From positions 1-24,579 of IMG/VR virus record IMGVR_UViG_3300018031_000018: DNA of 24,579 bases; one strand, written 5' to 3'. The translations under genes were made by a program, and so were the position numbers. The notes under the pieces are model-generated. The model worked only from the letters and a program-made list of their open reading frames with translations, was not told the DNA's origin and searched no databases. How positions within the stretch are numbered: position 1 is the first letter of the stretch; the number at the start of each line of letters is the position of its first letter. The stretch comes from a virus (lineage: Duplodnaviria; Caudoviricetes). Below are positions 14,449-22,291 of this stretch, piece after piece.

Positions 14449-16032
14449 CTACTCCTCCCCCTTCGGTACAGTCCAGAGATCCTCGTCATCCTGTACGGTC
14501 CAGATGTTACCACCTGAAGGTATCTGCCAGCCCGCTCCACCAATAGGAACGAACCAAATATTGACCACGGTACCATCAAATACAAGCTTGATTATACCCT
14601 CCCAAGGCTGAATGGCGAAAGCGGTCCTCATGCTCCTCGCCTCCCAGGGCTGGGCGGCCTGACGAGATATGCCAACCAGAGCCTCCCAGGGCTGGGCCGT
14701 TGAGACGACCAGAAGAACCCTCGATTCCCACGGCTGAGCAGCCGTGACCACAATCACCCCGGTGGATGCCCATGGCTGCTGGGCAAACGCCGATAGACCT
14801 ATCAGAGATTCCCAGAACTGATTCTGGGTCCGGGTCAGGGCAACAAGGCTCTCCCATGACTGGCCCGCGGTTCGGAGCACGCTCCGGATGGACTCCCACG
14901 TCTGCCCGGCGGAGACCTGACGTAGGGCCATCGCCTCCCAGGACTGAATCGCCGCGTTCTGCTGTGTACCGCCAGCCTCCCACGGCTGCTGGGCGAGAGG
15001 GCGAAGACCGAGGAGTGCTTCCCAGGGCTGTCCAGCGATCCGGAGCGCGGTCGCTAGCGATTCCCAGGGTTGTGCGGCCATTCGAGCGAGCTGGACCAGG
15101 CTCTCCCATGGCTGACCGGCCGATGCCTGTTGAGTCCTCCCGGAGGCCCATGGCTGGGCTGCGAGAGGAGTGATGATGGCCATCGCCTCCCAGGGCTGTG
15201 AGACAATTGGCCGTATACCCTGAAGCGATTCCCACGGCTGCGCCGCCGTCCGCGCGAGGCCTAGTAGGCTCTCCCACGGCTGCATCGCGATGCGTGCGAT
15301 GAGTGCCATAGCCTCCCAGGGCTGCACGGCCGCTCTCGAGATGAGAGCCATAGCTTCCCATGGCTGAGACACTCCACTCGCAATAGACGACAAGGCCTCC
15401 CAGGGCTGAACCGCAACTGGTCGAAGGCCGAGGAGCGATTCCCAGAACTGCTGATCGGTCTTCTGGATTCTCGCCATCGCCTCCCAAGGCTGAGCCGCGG
15501 TCGGGCGGATTCCGGAAAGCGCCTCCCAAGGCTGAGCCGCGGTCGGGCGGATTCCGGAAAGCGCCTCCCAAGGCTGAGCCGCGGTCGGGCGGATTCCGGA
15601 AAGCGCCTCCCAAGGCTGAGCCGCGGTCGGGCGCACACCGAGGAGCGATTCCCAGAACTGCTGATCGGTCTTCTGGATTCTCGCCATCGCCTCCCAGAAC
15701 TGTTCAGCGACCTGACTCTGTGTGCCAAAAGACTCCCAGGGTTGAGTCCTGTCGCGCAGAATACCTCGTAGGGCCTCCCACGGGTGGACGAGAAAGCGAG
15801 TGACGGGGATCTCCGGAATAAAATCCCGGAACGGTGGGATCGAATCGTGAAGTATCCAGGTGTCGGCCGCGGGGGCCGGCTCAAAACTCTGGAACGGAGG
15901 GACGGAATCATGCATCGCCCATCCGTTCTCTGCCGGGGACGACTCGAATCCAGCGAACGGCGGAACGGAATCATGGAGAAGCCACTTAAAGAGCGGAATG
16001 TACTCCGCTGTGTGTCTGAGGGCGACGGACAC
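14449..16032 (-). CDS. Trp-periodic repeat protein (putative fibre shaft or ruler)
   Basis: 527 aa. Three 21-aa WxxHDS[VI]PPFxxF repeats, 29 14-aa Q[PF]WE[AS]L repeats and four 9-aa W-[FQT]-[VI] C-terminal repeats. Confidence 0.8.
   Translation of the reverse strand: MSVALRHTAEYIPLFKWLLHDSVPPFAGFESSPAENGWAMHDSVPPFQSFEPAPAADTWILHDSIPPFRDFIPEIPVTRFLVHPWEALRGILRDRTQPWESFGTQSQVAEQFWEAMARIQKTDQQFWESLLGVRPTAAQPWEALSGIRPTAAQPWEALSGIRPTAAQPWEALSGIRPTAAQPWEAMARIQKTDQQFWESLLGLRPVAVQPWEALSSIASGVSQPWEAMALISRAAVQPWEAMALIARIAMQPWESLLGLARTAAQPWESLQGIRPIVSQPWEAMAIITPLAAQPWASGRTQQASAGQPWESLVQLARMAAQPWESLATALRIAGQPWEALLGLRPLAQQPWEAGGTQQNAAIQSWEAMALRQVSAGQTWESIRSVLRTAGQSWESLVALTRTQNQFWESLIGLSAFAQQPWASTGVIVVTAAQPWESRVLLVVSTAQPWEALVGISRQAAQPWEARSMRTAFAIQPWEGIIKLVFDGTVVNIWFVPIGGAGWQIPSGGNIWTVQDDEDLWTVPKGEE
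15479..15633. repeat. Perfect 42-nt tandem repeat (3 full copies plus 29 nt)
   Basis: Unit GCCTCCCAAGGCTGAGCCGCGGTCGGGCGGATTCCGGAAAGC at 15479, 15521 and 15563, partial at 15605. Encodes ALSGIRPTAAQPWE. Confidence 0.92.
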
Positions 16033-16033
16033 G

Positions 16034-16375
16034 TCACAATCCCAGTACTTTCCACGGGAAGGATCTATCCACGCCGGCCGTCTGCTTCAGCCTGAAGATC
16101 GACTGTATGTCGGAGGGTACTGGGACCGATATCAGGATCGGTTCCGCTTGGGCCCCGAAGAACGATGCAAGGTACGCGACTCTCGACGCTCCGGCAGATA
16201 AGACCGAAGTCTCGATCTTAAGCTCCAGTTCATCTGCGGCGTCCGTCGAGTTACCGTTCGTCATTGCATTAGCGTCGACCATGAAGACGAGGGTCTTGTT
16301 ACTCGTCACCGTAGCTAGGAGATGCTCGACGCCTACCGTGGCCGCCTGGGTTCCGCTCGCTTCTAGGCTTGGCAT
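16034..16375 (-). CDS. Small beta-sandwich-like putative virion protein
   Basis: 113 aa, beta-rich, tightly packed in the fibre-like module. Confidence 0.6.
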   Translation of the reverse strand: MPSLEASGTQAATVGVEHLLATVTSNKTLVFMVDANAMTNGNSTDAADELELKIETSVLSAGASRVAYLASFFGAQAEPILISVPVPSDIQSIFRLKQTAGVDRSFPWKVLGL

Positions 16376-16379
16376 AGCT

Positions 16380-17207
16380 TCAATCCACTCCGTATACTAC
16401 CACAGGTATCAGACGCTCAGTGGCGGTCGTGATACTGCACTGGGCCTTGGCCGAGATCCGGACGCCCGCAGGGACCTGTGCGAAAAACGGTCCGAAGACG
16501 CGCGGGGTCCAGAGATCAGTCGCAGTCTGACTCCTAAGCTGCATCTGCGGGATCAGCACCTTTTCCGATCCTGCCGCCCCTATTCCTATCTGAAGGTGCG
16601 CCGCGCACGTCCCGCGAACCGAGAGATTATTATTCCCGACCATGACGTAAAGCGCCCTCACTTTGTTAATCGTAGAAGAGACTAGCTCGGACCAGGCGCC
16701 GAAGGTATTCGCGACGGTACCGGGATCGACCAGGGTCCCGCTGCTCGTCAATATGTCAGCTCCCCATGCGAGGACGCGACCCATGGCGCTGAACCCAAGA
16801 AAGCTCCTACCCATTAAGTGGAGGCCGATCCTCCTTACTAGAGATATGGACGAGGTCTGTACCCTGGCGACTATCCGGATCCCGGCCTTAACAGGGACAG
16901 GCATCAGGAAAGACCACGCCATACGATCGTTATTGGAATTAGTGAGGAGCATCTTGGGAAAAACGATCTTCTCGGCCCCGACCGCCCCGATCCCGAGATC
17001 CATGAGACTATCCCGGGTAGAGTCGTCGACCGACAGCATGACGTGGACCATCTGGGCGTCGATCGGCGAGGACGCGACGATCTGGGTCCAGGAGCCCATG
17101 GCGTTCGGCGTGGCACTGCTGGTCACAGAGGTCAGGGTGGTACTCGCAGTATTTAAACCCTGATCCAGCAGCTCGCTCGTACCAATCGCGATAGGCCAAT
17201 CGCCCAT
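16380..17207 (-). CDS. Putative virion/receptor-binding protein, paralog 2 (two internal repeats)
   Basis: 275 aa, starts MGDWP, two copies of N..G.W..+...IG+GA.G.EK+...P.G.RI.A+.Q. Confidence 0.7.
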   Translation of the reverse strand: MGDWPIAIGTSELLDQGLNTASTTLTSVTSSATPNAMGSWTQIVASSPIDAQMVHVMLSVDDSTRDSLMDLGIGAVGAEKIVFPKMLLTNSNNDRMAWSFLMPVPVKAGIRIVARVQTSSISLVRRIGLHLMGRSFLGFSAMGRVLAWGADILTSSGTLVDPGTVANTFGAWSELVSSTINKVRALYVMVGNNNLSVRGTCAAHLQIGIGAAGSEKVLIPQMQLRSQTATDLWTPRVFGPFFAQVPAGVRISAKAQCSITTATERLIPVVVYGVD

Positions 17208-17210
17208 GAC

Positions 17211-18032
17211 CTACGGAGCTCCGTACAAGACCACATCGAATAGCCGCTCGTTGATGGTGGCGGAGCTGCACTGGGCCCTGGCAGACAGCCTGGTTCCAGA
17301 TGGGACCTGCGTGAAGAATGGGCCGAACATCTGTGGCGTCCACGTGTCACCTCCGTCCTCGGACAAACAATAGAGGTTTGACATGAGCACCTTCTCGGCT
17401 CCCGAGGCCCCGATCCCAATATCAATGAACAAGCTCATTGTGGCCCTGGTGGCGAGATCGCGGTTCCCGATAGCGACATAGAGCATGCGGACCTTAATCG
17501 CAATAGAGGCGACGATTTCGGTCCAGGCTCCCTTCGTGTTCGCGGTCCCACCCGGGTCCACCTCAGTTCCTCCGCTGTCGCTCGTCATGGCACCAAAGGT
17601 CACGAACTTAGACACCGGACGCAGCCCAAGAAACCCATGGGCGCACAGGAGCGCGCTCACGTAGATGGTATCCCCCGAGCTCCCGGTACTCTGGTGGCGC
17701 GCCCATACCTTACTATTAGCCGCTATAGAGACAGGGGCATAGAAGAAGAGCTGGTCGGCGATGCTGCCACAAGTATAAAGGACATTAGAGACGATGACCT
17801 TAACCGCGCCGCTCTCGCCGATCCCAACATCGACTAAGTTGTCGTTTAAACCCTGGGAGAGTATTTGGAGGAAGAACCCGTGGGCGCTGATACTCGACAA
17901 CGGCGTGAGCTGCGTCCACGGACTCTTGGCGTTCGCCGTGCCGCTGGTCGTCGAGGTACCTAAAGAATTAGAGGGACTTATCCCATATTGCACAATCTTC
18001 CCATGTCCAAGAGTAGCCGGCCAGTCACCCAT
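17211..18032 (-). CDS. Putative virion/receptor-binding protein, paralog 1 (two internal repeats)
   Basis: 273 aa, starts MGDWP, colinear with the adjacent 275-aa protein. Confidence 0.7.
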   Translation of the reverse strand: MGDWPATLGHGKIVQYGISPSNSLGTSTTSGTANAKSPWTQLTPLSSISAHGFFLQILSQGLNDNLVDVGIGESGAVKVIVSNVLYTCGSIADQLFFYAPVSIAANSKVWARHQSTGSSGDTIYVSALLCAHGFLGLRPVSKFVTFGAMTSDSGGTEVDPGGTANTKGAWTEIVASIAIKVRMLYVAIGNRDLATRATMSLFIDIGIGASGAEKVLMSNLYCLSEDGGDTWTPQMFGPFFTQVPSGTRLSARAQCSSATINERLFDVVLYGAP

Positions 18033-18033
18033 G

Positions 18034-18271
18034 TCACGGCCCGTTCCGCCATGCCCCGAATTTATCCACCACCTGTGACTTTATCATGTCGGCACCATTC
18101 ATGCTCGACATCAGGGCATCTATGACCTCCTTGACTCTGTCGCGCGGTGGAGGTAGGAGGACGAAAGTCATATTTCGACAGGTCGGGCCGGGATACGTAT
18201 CTAGGCGCAAGCGGATCGGCGAGCACCGTCCCGAGACTCGAGAGACGGCCAGTGATCTGCACGTACCACAT
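18034..18271 (-). pseudogene. Small gene apparently split by a +1 frameshift
   Basis: GAGGAGGAG RBS and ATG 18271 (MWYVQITG...). A second frame supplies a protein-like end (MTFVLLPPPRDRVKEVIDALM...WRNGP*) stopping at 18034. Span 238 nt = 79 codons + 1. Confidence 0.4.
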
Positions 18272-18283
18272 GTCTCCTCCTCT

Positions 18284-18961
18284 CTATGCATTATCATACT
18301 CGTCCCAGACGCCGTTGAAGCTGAGCCGCCACTGGGCGACGCCCGCGTCAGGGCCATAAAAGAGCAGGCCCTCGCCGGAACCAATATCCAGGTACTCGTC
18401 CTCGACGACCGGATCCCATACGTACTCAGTGGCAATCCCAAAGATCCCAGACGTAGTGAACTCAATGGCGGGGTTGATCGTACTCCACGCGATGGCCCCC
18501 AAGGTGATCGTCATGCCGGTACTGGCCGTACGTATATTCGCCACGTTCGCGGCATCGCTCGTCAGGTGCCTTTTGGCGGGCGTTATCGTGGCTCCGGACG
18601 CCGCCCCGGTGAAGGTGAAACGAGCCAATGCGTACCTGGAGATGGTCGTCACATCAGCCCCTATAGACGCCCCATTATTCAAGATGACTCTCATCCTACG
18701 TAGGCGAGCGCGGATGGATTGCCCAGTCGGCATCTCGAGCCAAAAGTACGCCGTCCCGGTACCGTTGTGGGCGGTCGTGTGGCCGGTCAGAATACCGCTG
18801 TTGAAGTAGTACATCCCGACGACCTTCCTTACGCTCGTCGGTACGAAGAAGTGGTGGTGGACCGTGTCCGGCCCAACTACAAGACTCTGGGTGCGGACCT
18901 TTTTCCCGGTATTTCCTGCATCGGTCGGGAGCTGAACGAACGTCGCTACTGGTCCGGCCAC
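18284..18961 (-). CDS. Putative virion structural protein
   Basis: 225 aa, beta-rich, N-terminal FVQLPTDAGNTGKKVRT. GAGGA RBS. Confidence 0.65.
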   Translation of the reverse strand: MAGPVATFVQLPTDAGNTGKKVRTQSLVVGPDTVHHHFFVPTSVRKVVGMYYFNSGILTGHTTAHNGTGTAYFWLEMPTGQSIRARLRRMRVILNNGASIGADVTTISRYALARFTFTGAASGATITPAKRHLTSDAANVANIRTASTGMTITLGAIAWSTINPAIEFTTSGIFGIATEYVWDPVVEDEYLDIGSGEGLLFYGPDAGVAQWRLSFNGVWDEYDNA

Positions 18962-18962
18962 A

Positions 18963-19169
18963 TCATCCTCCTATAGGTATCTTCTTGACACTGATCCGCA
19001 TACTACACTTCGGACACTGGATCTCATGATCCTGGCCATCAGCCATCACGGCCTCAATCACCGGTGTCACGTCCTCCCCACAGCCAAGGCGTTCGTTGGT
19101 ATAAAGTACCTGCGAATCGTCATTGGTAAGCTGCCGACGTCCCCTGCAATTATAGATTATCCGATTCAT
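18963..19169 (-). CDS. Small Cys-containing (zinc-ribbon-like) protein
   Basis: 68 aa, C...CG...CPKC. TGATG coupling. Confidence 0.6.
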   Translation of the reverse strand: MNRIIYNCRGRRQLTNDDSQVLYTNERLGCGEDVTPVIEAVMADGQDHEIQCPKCSMRISVKKIPIGG

Positions 19170-19912
19170 CAGACGGTAGTGACGGTTAGCTGGCTCGTGT
19201 AAGTCGTTCGATGAACTGTATCGCTCGCCGGAAGATTCTGCTCATACCAGACGCCGATATTCTCTCCTGCCGCGAGATTTCCAGTCGGCACGGTCTGGTC
19301 CACGTTGTCATCCACGAACGTAACACCCGCGGGGGTAGTCTTCCGGTTCGCGATCGTGGTCGTATCACCTTTTGCCGTCTCTATGGCTTGACGGATCCGA
19401 GCGTCTGGATCAGCAGAGAGTCTCACCTTCGCGTTGGTTCCCGTAAGAGTTGCGTGCGAATTTCTCCAATGGACCTTGTGGAAGCGGATCGCGATCGCGG
19501 CCTCGCTGGCCGAATCATAAAATGCGCTGTGAAAGCCACGTTCCGCCGGCGGGACCGTCCCCCAGGTCGTACCGGCCGCCGTGTTCCGGAGCGTCACGGT
19601 CCCAGTCGCATCGGCACCGATAAAGAATCTGAGTATCCTCTCGTAGGGACCATTCGGAACCGCGACCGCAGTCGTCCCGTTAAGGGTCCCTGTGCCAGTC
19701 ACGATCACGCCAGCCGCATTCCGGCCCTTGACAGTGAAACTCTGGGTCGTGTCGCCTGCGTTAGAGCTTACAACCTCAAGATTCGAGTTAGCAGTCATCT
19801 GGGTGAAAACCGTGCGGTGATCAATATCGATCCCACCACCCGTCAGGGTCACATCGTCATCTGGCCTATTGAGCGCCTCGTAAGCGATCAGGTCGGTAGC
19901 TGCTATAGGCAT
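19169..19912 (-). CDS. Putative virion structural protein (first gene of the fibre-like module)
   Basis: 247 aa, Thr/Gly/Ala-rich beta protein with strong AAGGAGG RBS. Confidence 0.7.
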   Translation of the reverse strand: MPIAATDLIAYEALNRPDDDVTLTGGGIDIDHRTVFTQMTANSNLEVVSSNAGDTTQSFTVKGRNAAGVIVTGTGTLNGTTAVAVPNGPYERILRFFIGADATGTVTLRNTAAGTTWGTVPPAERGFHSAFYDSASEAAIAIRFHKVHWRNSHATLTGTNAKVRLSADPDARIRQAIETAKGDTTTIANRKTTPAGVTFVDDNVDQTVPTGNLAAGENIGVWYEQNLPASDTVHRTTYTSQLTVTTV

Positions 19913-19931
19913 GTTCCTTCCCTCCTTAGAA

Positions 19932-20369
19932 TCAAGATTTCTCCGCTGCCCTCTGCACCCATTCCTCAGCGCTCGCGGCCGGTCGGTTGACGATCAGCAC
20001 CCCGCCGGTAAGGGCTGCGTCCACACTCACCCGCTCCCGGTACTCGGGCACGAACCGTTTGAGCTTCAGCTCGAGGAGGCGCCCGTCGTGCTTCTTGATC
20101 CTACCACACTCGGCGCCGTGGAAAAAGACCGGCTCCTCCCATCCGTCCACCCCCCTCCGATGAGCCTCGGCCTCGAGCAGCTCCCCGTAGAGGGCGAGGG
20201 CTTCCTTAACCTGGGTATCGAACTCAGGATCCTTTTTCCTAAGATCCTTGAAGGGCCCAGTCCAGAAGTCCAGCCTAAAGGCCGATCGGCAGAGAAGCCC
20301 AGTAGCGGCTACCTCCCGGAGATACGCCTGGCGTACCTCGGGAGTAATATCAGAGATGTTCTCCCTCAT
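19932..20369 (-). CDS. terS: Terminase small subunit-like protein
   Basis: N-terminal HTH-like region and LEAEAHRRGVDGWEEPVFFHG..G..KKHDGRLLELKLK...PEYRE motif. ATG 20369 (or TTG 20372). First gene of the late region. Confidence 0.7.
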   Translation of the reverse strand: MRENISDITPEVRQAYLREVAATGLLCRSAFRLDFWTGPFKDLRKKDPEFDTQVKEALALYGELLEAEAHRRGVDGWEEPVFFHGAECGRIKKHDGRLLELKLKRFVPEYRERVSVDAALTGGVLIVNRPAASAEEWVQRAAEKS

Positions 20370-20378
20370 CAATCCAGT

Positions 20379-20419
20379 ATCTTAAGAGAATAGAGAAGAA
20401 GAAGTCAAGAGAAATTTTA
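20379..20419 (-). promoter_or_regulatory. Putative sigma70-type promoter for terS / late operon
   Basis: TTGACT (20408-20403)-N18-TAAGAT (20384-20379), preceded by AAATTTCTC. Matches the capsid promoter. Confidence 0.55.
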
Positions 20420-20451
20420 GGGGATACCTTTGTAAGACCGACCTAGGTCTG

Positions 20452-20652
20452 TTAGTCGCGCAAGACCACAGCAGGAACGGCCCCAGGGCTTCGTGCGTCT
20501 ATCATAAAAAAATTGCCTGGGATGCACGAGTCCTTTACAAAGGTCATGAAAGCCCCGCGCACATGGCACAATGTGTTCTCCTCGCTTGTTTGCAGGATCA
20601 TCCTTTCCTGTGGGAATGTCTCCAGGATTGTGATCAGTTCGGCAATGGTCAT
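20452..20652 (-). CDS. Hypothetical protein
   Basis: 66 aa, MTIAELITILETFPQE, a common small-phage-protein N-terminus. AAGGA RBS. Confidence 0.6.
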   Translation of the reverse strand: MTIAELITILETFPQERMILQTSEENTLCHVRGAFMTFVKDSCIPGNFFMIDARSPGAVPAVVLRD

Positions 20653-20669
20653 TGCTTCTTCCTTTTCTT

Positions 20670-20698
20670 CCCCCTCCCCACGTTCCTTTCATTACAAC
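20670..20698. repeat. 29-bp intergenic repeat, copy 1
   Basis: CCCCCTCCCCACGTTCCTTTCATTACAAC; one mismatch to 21379-21407. Confidence 0.8.
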
Positions 20699-20773
20699 GG
20701 TACCATCTTGCTGGGCTTTTTAAGCTCTTTCCCTCACCTCAGTAGAAGCGAGGGGGAAAGCTTAAGAGCTGTA

Positions 20774-20950
20774 CTACGGAGAAGAGTACCTTGCAGCATT
20801 GTCGCGAGCTTCCTTTTCTGTCTCGTACCCGTCCGGGAGCCCCTGGACAATGCGCTTCCCGTCACGGAAGAAGTAAAGGAACCACCGGCCAGATAATTTT
20901 TCCTGCAGGAGATAGAAATGCCCGGCCCTCATAGCCCTCATTCTCTTCAT
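20774..20950 (-). CDS. Hypothetical protein
   Basis: Start moved to MKRMRAMRAGHF (ATG 20950) after AAAGGAG; 58 aa. Confidence 0.6.
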   Translation of the reverse strand: MKRMRAMRAGHFYLLQEKLSGRWFLYFFRDGKRIVQGLPDGYETEKEARDNAARYSSP

Positions 20951-20976
20951 GTTACTCCTTTCTTCGCTCCGCGCCA

Positions 20977-21086
20977 CATACAAAGGAAGCAGATACCGTG
21001 CCCGATCGTAACTCGTGCGGGCGCTTAACGTGCTGGCCTGACTTACACGAAATGGTAGACAAATAATAGTAAAAACCGACAAAAAC
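20977..21086 (-). promoter_or_regulatory. ~110-bp duplicated element, copy 1, with sigma54 -24/-12 motif
   Basis: Minus strand GGGCACGGTATCTGCT (21003-20988), GG-N10-GC. Imperfect direct repeat of 21666-21776. Confidence 0.7.
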
Positions 21087-21095
21087 CGGCGCGGT

Positions 21096-21287
21096 CTACG
21101 GCGATCTCACAATTATAGGTGGGCCGTAACGCCTCTTGGCGGGCTCGGTGGCAAACCATTCATCCCAGAAACAGATAGAGCAATCGTCTGTCTTCTTGAT
21201 ACGAGAATCATCTCCACGGATCCAGGGTTTATCGCAATACCTTTGTCCTTTATGACCGCGTGGGCAAATGGTTTTAATCCAAGGCAT
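21096..21287 (-). CDS. Small Cys-rich hypothetical protein
   Basis: 63 aa, CPRGH..YC..CSIC. Confidence 0.5.
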   Translation of the reverse strand: MPWIKTICPRGHKGQRYCDKPWIRGDDSRIKKTDDCSICFWDEWFATEPAKRRYGPPIIVRSP

Positions 21288-21378
21288 CTTTATCTACCTT
21301 CTCCACCAGCGGAGCTTGTCCTCCTCTTATCCATCTTCTTCCTTTCTTCTGACCTTTACTTCTATCCCTTCTTATGAC

Positions 21379-21407
21379 CCCCCTCCCCACGTTCCTTCCA
21401 TTACAAC
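21379..21407. repeat. 29-bp intergenic repeat, copy 2
   Basis: CCCCCTCCCCACGTTCCTTCCATTACAAC; core CCTCCCCACGT recurs at 21647-21657. Confidence 0.8.
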
Positions 21408-21414
21408 CATGATC

Positions 21415-21627
21415 TCACATTACTGGACGCCGAGGAAGCCTGTACGCTTCGAGCCCCTTCGTCCCGAAAGAGGCCGCATTCCGAAGAGACTGAAGGCTCA
21501 TGGTTAAGTCGGCGTCACCAGGGTAGTCCGCCTTCATCCAACAAAGCCTGAGATCGTTCTTCCAGGTCCGACCGTGGCGAGCTGCAAAGAGCAGTATGGT
21601 TGCTTCCTCTTTGTATAGAATACTCAT
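21415..21627 (-). CDS. Small hypothetical protein
   Basis: 70 aa, FAARHGRTWK..L...W...LQSLRN motif. AAAGGAG RBS. Confidence 0.65.
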   Translation of the reverse strand: MSILYKEEATILLFAARHGRTWKNDLRLCWMKADYPGDADLTMSLQSLRNAASFGTKGLEAYRLPRRPVM

Positions 21628-21665
21628 TGGCTTCTCCTTTCCTTCACCTCCCCACGTCTCTCATC

Positions 21666-21776
21666 CATACAAAGGAAGCATATACCGTGCCCGATCGTAA
21701 CTCGTGCGGGCGCCTTAACGCACTCGTCTAACTGACACAAAGTGGTAGACAAAGTGTGGTAAAAACTGACAAAAAC
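21666..21776 (-). promoter_or_regulatory. ~110-bp duplicated element, copy 2, with sigma54 -24/-12 motif
   Basis: Minus strand GGGCACGGTATATGCT (21692-21677), GG-N10-GC. Confidence 0.7.
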
Positions 21777-21785
21777 TGTTGAGCT

Positions 21786-22289
21786 CTACGTCAGGGTTGA
21801 GACCTTGTCTTCCACGACCGCGATCGTGTCGTGAATGGCCCCTCCGTGTGAGATCAAAAGGATCTCCACCTGCTGGAAGCCACGTGCCCTGCCCATTGAG
21901 ACACTATGATAGCCGAAGGTTATGACTCTGCCGACCGGACTCAGGACAGAGGGGAGGTGGTCCTTGACGATCCGGAAGCTCGACGCCCAGTGCCCCTCGT
22001 ACATCTCCATCGATTTTCGGTACGAGTAGGGAGGATCAAGGATCGCTGTGTCGAACTTCTCCCCACAACCTTGGACGAAGTCGCATGCGTCCAGGATGAC
22101 GTTGGGCTCTACGTCAGGGTTGGAATCCACTCGGAGTTCATCGAGATCGAGCCTCGTCGGCCCGGCGAACAGGTTCAACACGCGGCCACGGCACCGGCTC
22201 TCCACCCACTTCCTGATCGGAGCTACAGAGAATGTATATCTGTGGAGCGGCGCCCGCATATAGGTGACACCGATCAAGGATTCGATCAT
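21786..22289 (-). CDS. Small SAM-dependent (amino) DNA methyltransferase-like protein
   Basis: 167 aa, motif I VLNLFAG and motif IV AILDPPYS. Confidence 0.75.
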   Translation of the reverse strand: MIESLIGVTYMRAPLHRYTFSVAPIRKWVESRCRGRVLNLFAGPTRLDLDELRVDSNPDVEPNVILDACDFVQGCGEKFDTAILDPPYSYRKSMEMYEGHWASSFRIVKDHLPSVLSPVGRVITFGYHSVSMGRARGFQQVEILLISHGGAIHDTIAVVEDKVSTLT

Positions 22290-22291
22290 GG

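Noticed and set aside
14576-15613. 345-aa and 264-aa alternative-frame ORFs in the repeat gene
   Set aside because: They are open because the 42-nt repeat unit lacks stops in those frames; no independent starts.
15479-15633. Possible CRISPR array
   Set aside because: The repeats are contiguous with no unique spacers, are in-frame coding, and no cas genes are present.
20417-20692. 91-aa ORF starting MKGTWGGG
   Set aside because: It starts inside the 29-bp repeat without an RBS and overlaps the better-supported 66-aa ORF.
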